Virus record (IMG/VR): IMGVR_UViG_3300021087_000674
DNA: 20,000 bases
Origin: an uncultured virus (IMG/VR IMGVR_UViG_3300021087_000674)
Lineage: Duplodnaviria; Heunggongvirae; Uroviricota; Caudoviricetes
Reading direction: 5' to 3' (one strand)
Shown here: positions 9,601 through 18,600 of the stretch, in pieces
How the letters are laid out: the number at the start of each line of letters is the position of its first letter
Numbering within the stretch: position 1 is the stretch's first letter
Translations under genes and position numbers: made by a program
The notes under the pieces: model-generated
What the model was told of the DNA's origin: nothing
The model's input: only the letters and a program-made list of their open reading frames with translations
Databases searched by the model: none

Positions 9601-12600
9601 TTCCTGTAGTTGCATCTTTAATTCCTCCTTGTAAAGTTACTGTAGGTGCTGTTAAATAACCTAATCCTTCTTTAAGAATTATAACTGAAGTTACTTTGCC
9701 TCCACTAATATATGCTTGAGCTGTAGCACCAGAACCACCGCCACCTGTTATTGAAACTATTGGTGGAGTAATATAACCACTACCTTTATCTCCTATATTA
9801 AATGATATAATCTTAAATCCTACATTTTCTAACCAATGTTTATCAGGATAACTTGTAATTGTATCTGTTCCAGTTAAAGCAGTCCCTACAAGTTTTGCTG
9901 AACTAGGTGTTATTTGATTTTCGTCATCATATCTAGCCGGTAAATCAAAATCAGTTATAACTGAACTTGATGGTATTACTTTTTCGTAAGAACTTACATA
10001 TTCTCTAATATTAGTTTTGTATGGTTTAACCTCTTTAATATATTCTTCAAAGTCGGAAAGATTGTCATTTTGATAAGTTGCTTTTTGTTTAAGATCACCT
10101 GCATTATGTTTTACTTTGATAAAACTTGTTTTAAATGCCCAATCTGTTAATTTATTTTCGCTTAATGCGTATCTTAAACTAGCAAAGAAAAGATCATTAT
10201 AATATATTTCTAAATCATTTATAAAAATTTTATCTCTTAAAGTTTCTAATATTATTCTTGTTTCTTGAACAGGTTGACGATCATATAATACAGTATCATA
10301 ACTAGTTGATGCATAACCTACAGTATTTGAACCAAATTGATATAAAGTATTTTTAAATGTAATTGTTCCATTTTGTCTACCAATAGTTTTATAATTTACA
10401 GTATAATCTACATTAGGTTTGTTATCTATTTTTTCTAATAATAGCCAACCACCTGTACCTATATTTTCAATTTTTACAATATCTCCAATTGAATCATCTA
10501 ATGATTCTAACAAATATGATTCACTAACAGTATAATCTATTGCTGTAAATTGATTATATCCTGTATCATACCAATCAATGTATGACCAATAAAGATCAAC
10601 ATTGTATTTTTGAGAAGATGTTCTATTCCAAGAACTTAAATTTGAATCATAACCATATATTGCCCACTTACCGCCTAGTTCTGTATCACTTTTTACAAGT
10701 ACACTATATTGTCTAACAATAATTTTTGTATTAGATGTATATCCTTCACCGTTAATTTTTACAGTTGCAGTATCAACTTGTCCTAGAGCATCTATTGTTA
10801 ATTCTATTACAGCACCACTTCCACTATTTCCTGAAATTTCTAATGTAGGTACAGTTACATAACCTTTACCTTTACTTAGAATAGTTACACCAGTAATTTT
10901 ACCATTTACAATTGTTGGTAATAACTCTGCTTTTTTAACTGTACTTGTTCCTATAAAAGCTAAATCTCCTACAACATCTGCAGTTTTGTCAAAAAGTTTA
11001 GTATTTGCTGTAGGTTGTACATCTGCTTTTGATAAATCAGTTAAATCTATATCATCCACAATCAAATTAAGTTTCAATACAGAATTAGTTCTTTCTATTA
11101 ATTCTTTTAATGCTTCTTGATGATTTTTAAACCAACTTTGTCTAGGTTTATATAAAGTTCCATATTTAAGTTTATCACTTAAACCCGGATCTGGTACAGT
11201 ATTTCCTTGTTTATCATATCCTATTAAACTATTATACCAAACTTTTTCTATTTCTGTAGAAGGTTTACTAGTTGATAATCCTTCGGTCATAATTTGATAT
11301 TCATTATGAATATTAAGTTCTTTATTATCTATTGTCCAATAACGAACATTAAGAATAGAATCTGTATTAGATAATAATGATTCACAATTAACTAACGCAA
11401 ATTTATTTGAATCAAAAAATGTAATATATTTGTAACCTTGTCCTTTAGGATCATCTATAAGTTTAGAAACTGCTAACGCACTTAGACTTCTAAATTCTAC
11501 ATCTGGTGTATTTTGTTTATTTTTAACCCAATAATAATATTTAGGTTTTGTAGTCTGAGCAATTTTGTCGTAAGTATTTCTAGTAACATATACAGTATCA
11601 TCATACTTAGGTGTTCCACTTATTCCTAAAGAGTCTCCTTCATTAGTAGATGCAATTTCTGTCCAGACACTAGGTTTATAAATTGACTCTACCCATTCAT
11701 ATACATCTACAGATGAACCAATAAACTGTTTATTCCAATGATTATTATTGAATATAATATTACCTTGATAAGGATAATAATATCTTACTGTACTTAAATC
11801 CCACCAAAGTCTTCCTACTTCTCCTTCTGCCCAATGATTGTTTGTATCTATTGTTACAGCTGAAGTTCCTACATTATAAATTGCTGGATCATAATGTGTT
11901 TTATAATATAATTCTTGTTCGGCTGTGCCTGCTATTTTTCCTAATACAGGATCTATATAATCTAAATTAGAAATAACAGAATTTGTTTCCTTATTATAAA
12001 TGAATACGCTTTTAATTTTATCAATTTCAACGTGGTCAGCACCTTCTACTGTTTGCATCCAACTAGATTTGCCTTTAGTTTTTCTAAAGTCAACTACTGT
12101 TCCTTTATTATTATCAGATAATGTAAGTGTAGGTAAACCTATATAAACATGATTATCATTTATTAATGTATTACGTCCGAATTCTACAGCACCATCATTA
12201 GTGTACACAAATTTTTCAGCATATAATAAAGTATTTCCTGATCTTTCAAATAAATGTACTGCACCACTATCAGACATTACTTTATAAAATGTAGTTGCTC
12301 CAGTATCAAATATTGTAGTTGTTGTATCAAATGCTGTAGTAATTGTTATGTCTCCTTTAAGACTTGTAACTGCCAATGTATTTCCATCAAATCCTAATTG
12401 GTAACCAAAATTTTCTGAATTTTCACTATCAGGACTTCTTAAACTTTGATTTAATGTGTAAACACCACTTGATTGTAAATATGTATAAACTACTCCGGCG
12501 TCAACAGCATTAGCAAAATCTTTTAAAGGACTTCCAATAGACAGCATACTTCCATCTTCTGAAATAGCTACACTATTTGCAAAATTAATATTAGGAGATG

Positions 12601-15600
12601 AATCCTCAGGTGATGTAATTGTTTGTGAATATGAATAATATCCTTCTTGTAATCTGTATACAGCAACTTTTTGTGCATCAGTGCTGTATAATAAATTAGT
12701 TACAAGAATTGTTCCTGTAGAATTAACATCAAATTGATCACCGAACATTACTAAATTACTTTGATTGAGAGTTGAATCTCCTTCTAATGTTATTCCTGAA
12801 TCATTAGGAATATATCCTAAATAATCTGTACCTGTACTTTGTTTTTCCCAGTAACTTGAATTCCATGCACCAGCAACAAGATTTGTTTTTGCTTTGTATA
12901 ATTCTGAATTATAAATTGTATATTCTCCTGTAGCATACGACAATGTTACATTAAACTCTCCCATATACAAAGGATTCGTTGAAAGTGCCCAATTTTTAGT
13001 AGTACTTCTTTTAACAAAATAAATTTTTCCAGAAGTAGTAGATGATAAATTTCCTGACGCTCCTATATAAGCAACAGTTTCATCTCCTACTTTTCTTATT
13101 TCTATTTTACTACCTACTTTTAAATCATTTTTAGTATCGGGTACTATAAATGTTCCTATATGAGCAAATAAATCATTTGTTCCTATTTCATAAACTGAAT
13201 ATGCACCTTGATTAGTATTACCACTTTGTACTCCTTCTCCTGCTGAAATATTATACACTTGAAGATAATCTTTATTAGTACTTCCAGGAATATTTGCCGA
13301 TCTAGCTATACCATCTAATATTTGTTCATCGTAGAACCAATATTCTTTATCGTAATGTCTTACTTCTATATCTGTATTAGTAGTAGAAATTAATGTTTTA
13401 CCTGAATCAAATACAAAATAAGGTCCACTTTGACCATTAACATCTAATCTTGCGTCTCTTAAAGTTCCAATTTTTCTATCTGGAGTTCCTATTAAATAAA
13501 TGTCACTTGTTTCGCCAGCGTCTAATCCTTTTTTGAAAGCACCTGTGGCATCTTTTAAGAATAATTGTATTTTATTAAAGTCAATTGTTTTAACAAAAGT
13601 AACTTCAGCAGTTTTCATTGTAGTTTGATCTCTAACAATACTACCTACTGTTGGTATATAAAAATTACCTAAGTTATCTGCTTCTGCATCTACAGTTATG
13701 TAACCATTCCAAATACCGTTTATTGTAAGCTCTTTATTAATATCGCTAAAGTTTAATCCCATTACACTTGGATCAAACACTATATTATTTGAATCTCTTA
13801 TTGTGTTTAACCAACCATTAATAGTATTTCCAACAACTTTAGTATTAAATGCAGTACCTAATCTAAAAAAGAATCTTTGATCAGTAACTAAACCTTGGAA
13901 GACAGGTTGTCCTGCAATACTATAAGTTTTGTAATAAGATAAAATACCCATTTCAGATGTTCTTGGAACACCCGGTAAATCTGCATTTTGAGTTCCTGAT
14001 AAAACATTATAATATGATAATGCTGTTCTATTAATTCCTTGTCTAATAATATCATATATTACTAGATATGGATTTGTTTCTGAAACATAAGGCCAATTAT
14101 TAACTGTTGTACCTATATCAATTTTCCACCAGCCACCTAAATAATCTATATCTTCTTGAAATACACGTTGATATGTTCCAACATTTATAGTTCCTAATAA
14201 TAAATCTCCTGTAGCTGAAAAATTACCTTTAACATCTTTCAAATAAATTAAAGACTGAGTACCTACTTTGTTTACCCAAGCTACTGTACCATCTGCACTA
14301 TCAGTCTTAATAACATCATTTACTGTTAAATCACTAAGAGTTTGATCTATGCTTAATATTTCATCTACTTTTTGCGTAATTGTTTGTTCACCTTGTAGTG
14401 CGTTAGTAACATTAGCATTATAACCATTAAATGGTTCGTATGAACTTCCAGATGGTGGAACAAAAGTATTCCATTTATTCCAAGATAATTGTAATTTATC
14501 TCCTATATTTGTACCTTGATATTGATCTAGTGATGCTCTAATTAATAAATGATCTGTAGTAGCATTTGTAAAAATATAATTTCCTAAAATTATTTGTGTT
14601 AATGGTGTATAATTTCCTGTTATAGAATTATATGTTGTTTCTTTAGCAAACGTATGACTGTCAAATGTTGTAAAGTCTACTGAAGGATCTTCAGGTAATA
14701 TCGGATTTACAACTTTCCATAATTGTTCTTTGTATTTTACAATATCTTCTATTGTATATGAATTTGCTACGTCATACTCTCCTTTATAATAAGTTCTAAC
14801 ATTAGAGGCTTCCGGTGCTCCTACTATAATATATTTTCCATCTGGACTTATTGCTACGCTTGATCCAAATTTTGCACCTGCATCATATACGTCTAATTTG
14901 TTTAACGCAGGATCTTGTGGTGGTGTTTCTAAAACTTGAAATAAATTATTAATTGAATTATCTCCTCCTCTTTTATAAACAAACACTCTTCCATCCGAAT
15001 CATTTGGTGCACCAACAACTAAAATATTATTTGCATCATTACTAGCTAATACTTTACCAAATTGAGTATTTGCTACATTATTAGGATTAGAAATTTCTTG
15101 ATGTGTTTTGTATACAAAACTATTATTCAATACGGACCATTTATTATTATCGTTTTTATCTACCCAGAACTTTTCATTATCTTGTAAACCTGCATCAATA
15201 ATTTTTGAATTTACATCTGTAATACCTGCAATTCTAGATGATTTAAATTGACTTACATATCCTACAGCAGGGTCTTTGGCTTGTATTCCTGTTTTTGCAT
15301 CACAAGTTATTACATTTAATTCTACTTTATTTGCTTTTAAAATATATGTGGAAGTTCCTTCACGTATAGCAAAAATTTCTCCAACAATTACATTTGCAGT
15401 ATTTTGTGTAGTAACTACAATTAAATCACCTGACTTTTCTATTTTACTTAATTTTGCTTGAGTATTGGAAAATTTGAACACTTCCCAATCATTTTTATAA
15501 TTTCCTACCCATATATAATGTCCTTGTTTTAATACAGTTGTATCTAAATTTAATAAGTCATCATATTTTGCTACAATAAATTTAACGTCACTAGGATCTA

Positions 15601-18600
15601 CATATCCAGCAGTTGGCAAATATGGAGTACTTTCATATTTTGTTGGAAAAGGTTTATGTGTATAATTTTCAGGTTTAAGATATACGTCACTATCTTTCTG
15701 TCTAATAACTAAATCAGTTGCTAAAGGATCTATAGTATTTGTTAATTCAAAAGGTTGTGGATTAGATCTAAATTTGCCTTCATCTAATATGTATTCAACT
15801 TCTTCAAATCCTTGACTTACACCATAATGTCCTTTTCTAATTGCCCATTCTTCAAAAAAGTCTACACTTTCTTTATCTGCAGACGATAATGCATCAAATA
15901 ATTTAGTTAATACATTTTTAGTTCCTTTTTCCTGAATGTATCCTTGATAAAATTTATATTGTGAAACATCATCATTAATAATATTTTGTAAAAAAGGTCT
16001 TTTTTGATAACCTATTAAATGTTGAGCCATTCTTTGTTGAGTAGAATCAAAATTATCTGTATCTAAATCAAAAAAGTCTGCAAATTGATTAGTTTTATAT
16101 TCAAAGTTAGGAAATAAATCAGGTACAGGTTTGCCATCTAATTTATCCCAATCTGAATCAGTAAACGTTGAACTACCTTTTATTTTACTTTTAGCAGTAT
16201 AATAAAATTCTTTATGTTTTATAATATCACTCATTACATAATCAGTATAAGGTGACCATTCAATCACATTAGCTTGATCATAAATGAATCCTGGAACGTT
16301 TAATCCACCTGTCCAGTCTGCTGTAACATAGCCAAGAACTTTTAATCTATCTTGTCTATATCCAGATTCTATATCATAAATTATATCACTGAATATTGTT
16401 TTATTATCTATTACAACTACGTGTTCTTTTTGTACTAATGGAATTTTAGCATAATAAATTCCGTTAACAGTATTTTTTGTTATTATTTCATAATCATTAT
16501 ACTGTTTTACTACTCTTACAAATTCTTTATCTAATTTAGTTCCATCTTCTTTGAACAACGTATAATCATAAAAATTATCAAATACATTATCACCTACACA
16601 ATAACTAGTTTTTAATTTTAATTTATTAGCTAATGGACTTAAAGATATTACTGACCCTTCTGCCCAACCTTGTGTTGTCCAATATAAAAATTCTTTAGCA
16701 CTTAATTGCCAATTAGCAACTGCTTTAATATCTCTATTAAATTCATCAAATATAAATCCTAAAGATTCAAGATATTTTCCATAACCAAGAATAAAATCAA
16801 AAACGTCTTGAATTTCTCTAAACAAAGTACCATATGCGATTTCTGAGGCAGTACTTTCAAAATTAGTACGTAAGTATGCAGAAGCTCCTCCTTCAATAGG
16901 TAATTCTTGTAATTTAATAAATTTTGTGCCATCAAATACTGTACTAGATATATGTTGTTCTTTTGTAGAATAATAATCATCGCCATATTTTGCAATCATT
17001 CCTATATCATATCTTTTATTTTCTCCCCAATTAACAAAAGAAGCACTTACACCTCCTATTCTAATAACAGCGTCGGCTTGTTTTTTAATAGGAGCAAAAT
17101 ATTTTATAGTTGGATCATTTCTATCATAACCTTTAATCGTAAAACCAGACGCCAATTTTTCTATAATTAATCCACTATAAGTTACTACATTTATAGGAGC
17201 ACTTGTATTAAGAATTATATTATAATTTTCTTCAGGAACAAATACGTTACCAGTGTTTAAAGGAGTTCTACTATCTAATAACAATTTAAATTTATCTTTT
17301 TTAGTATAACCCCGAACTTTAAATGCTAATTGGTTAGTAATTTTTTTAACATTATTTCTGTAATTAGAGTAATTTGTTAATAAATCTGTTTCTACGTATT
17401 CGTAAATATAATTAACTAATCCTGCTGTAAGAATTTTATTTTCATCACTTACAGAATTTGGAAATTTAAGATCAGCTAATTTAATTCTAGATCCTGTATC
17501 TTTATATACAAGTTGTTTTGCAGTATTTCTTATAACTCTTGATCTGTCCCAAGCAATTGTAATAACATGACTAGGTTGATTTAACATCCAAGATGTTATA
17601 ACAGCAAAACGATAATCTGAACTTCTTCGCCAAGCATTTTCTACTGGAGCGTGGTCGCCAAATTTAAATGGACTTCTAGTTAAATGAGCAACATATTCTT
17701 GTGAAAAATTACTATCGTGTGGACTTACTAAAAGTCCTGAAGAATTAACAGGTATATGTTTAAGTAAATCAGGTCTTTTATAATTTTCTTTAATTACAAT
17801 ATTTTTATTAGGTTCTCGAATAATTCCATCTTGTAAGTCTTGCCACAAAATTAAATTATCACTAGTATAAGGAGCCGCACCATAAACAGTATCAAACCAA
17901 GTTGGTTTTTCTGTAAAACCTAACATTTCCCAAGGATGGGTATGTGGTCTATCTGTATCATATGCTTGTTTATAAACGCCTCTCCACCAACCTAATAATG
18001 GTTTTTTATCATGGCTAGACATATTTCCATAATTAAAAACAAATGGATCACTACCATATGTTGTTTGATATGTGTTTTCTGTATAATCAATATTGCCTGT
18101 ATAAGATAACCAATTAGTAAAATCTGTTAATAAAGATTTATTAATAGCATCTAAAGAATAATCTGTTTTTCTATAATGTCCTGGAATAAAATCATGAATA
18201 TCAAATATTTCTTCATCATAAGCAACTTTAATATTATTATAGATTCGTTTTTCTAATTCTAATATTATATCATCTCTATAATCATTGAAAGCTACTTCTA
18301 TACTACCATCATGTCCTTGAATTACATTCATTCCTGCCGCTGGTGTAACAACTGTAGTGTCAGCATATATTGCCGGCATAGTTTTAGGATATAAACCTAA
18401 TTTAGATGGGGTTGCAGGAATATATGATCCGTTTGTTGTATCATATTCTACAATAATAAGTTTATCATCTTTTAGTAAAGTTGTTTTTATTTGAATGAAA
18501 CCTTCACTGTTAAACACATAATCAGCACCATGCAATAACTGTATATCATTTTTATAAACTAATACAGACTTATCACTTAATTCACTTAATGAAAATACAT

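Noticed and set aside
16759..16995. 78-aa alternative-frame minus-strand ORF inside the giant gene
   Set aside because: Its L/I/K/N-rich composition is typical of an off-frame read of AT-rich coding DNA, and there is no supporting motif.
223..17170. Short plus-strand ORFs (223-405, 786-1043, 2416-2664, 2878-3114, 4988-5182, 6744-7049, 7782-8054, 15276-15461, 16952-17170)
   Set aside because: All lie antisense to long, well-formed genes and have no recognisable motifs. They are expected shadow ORFs from codon bias.
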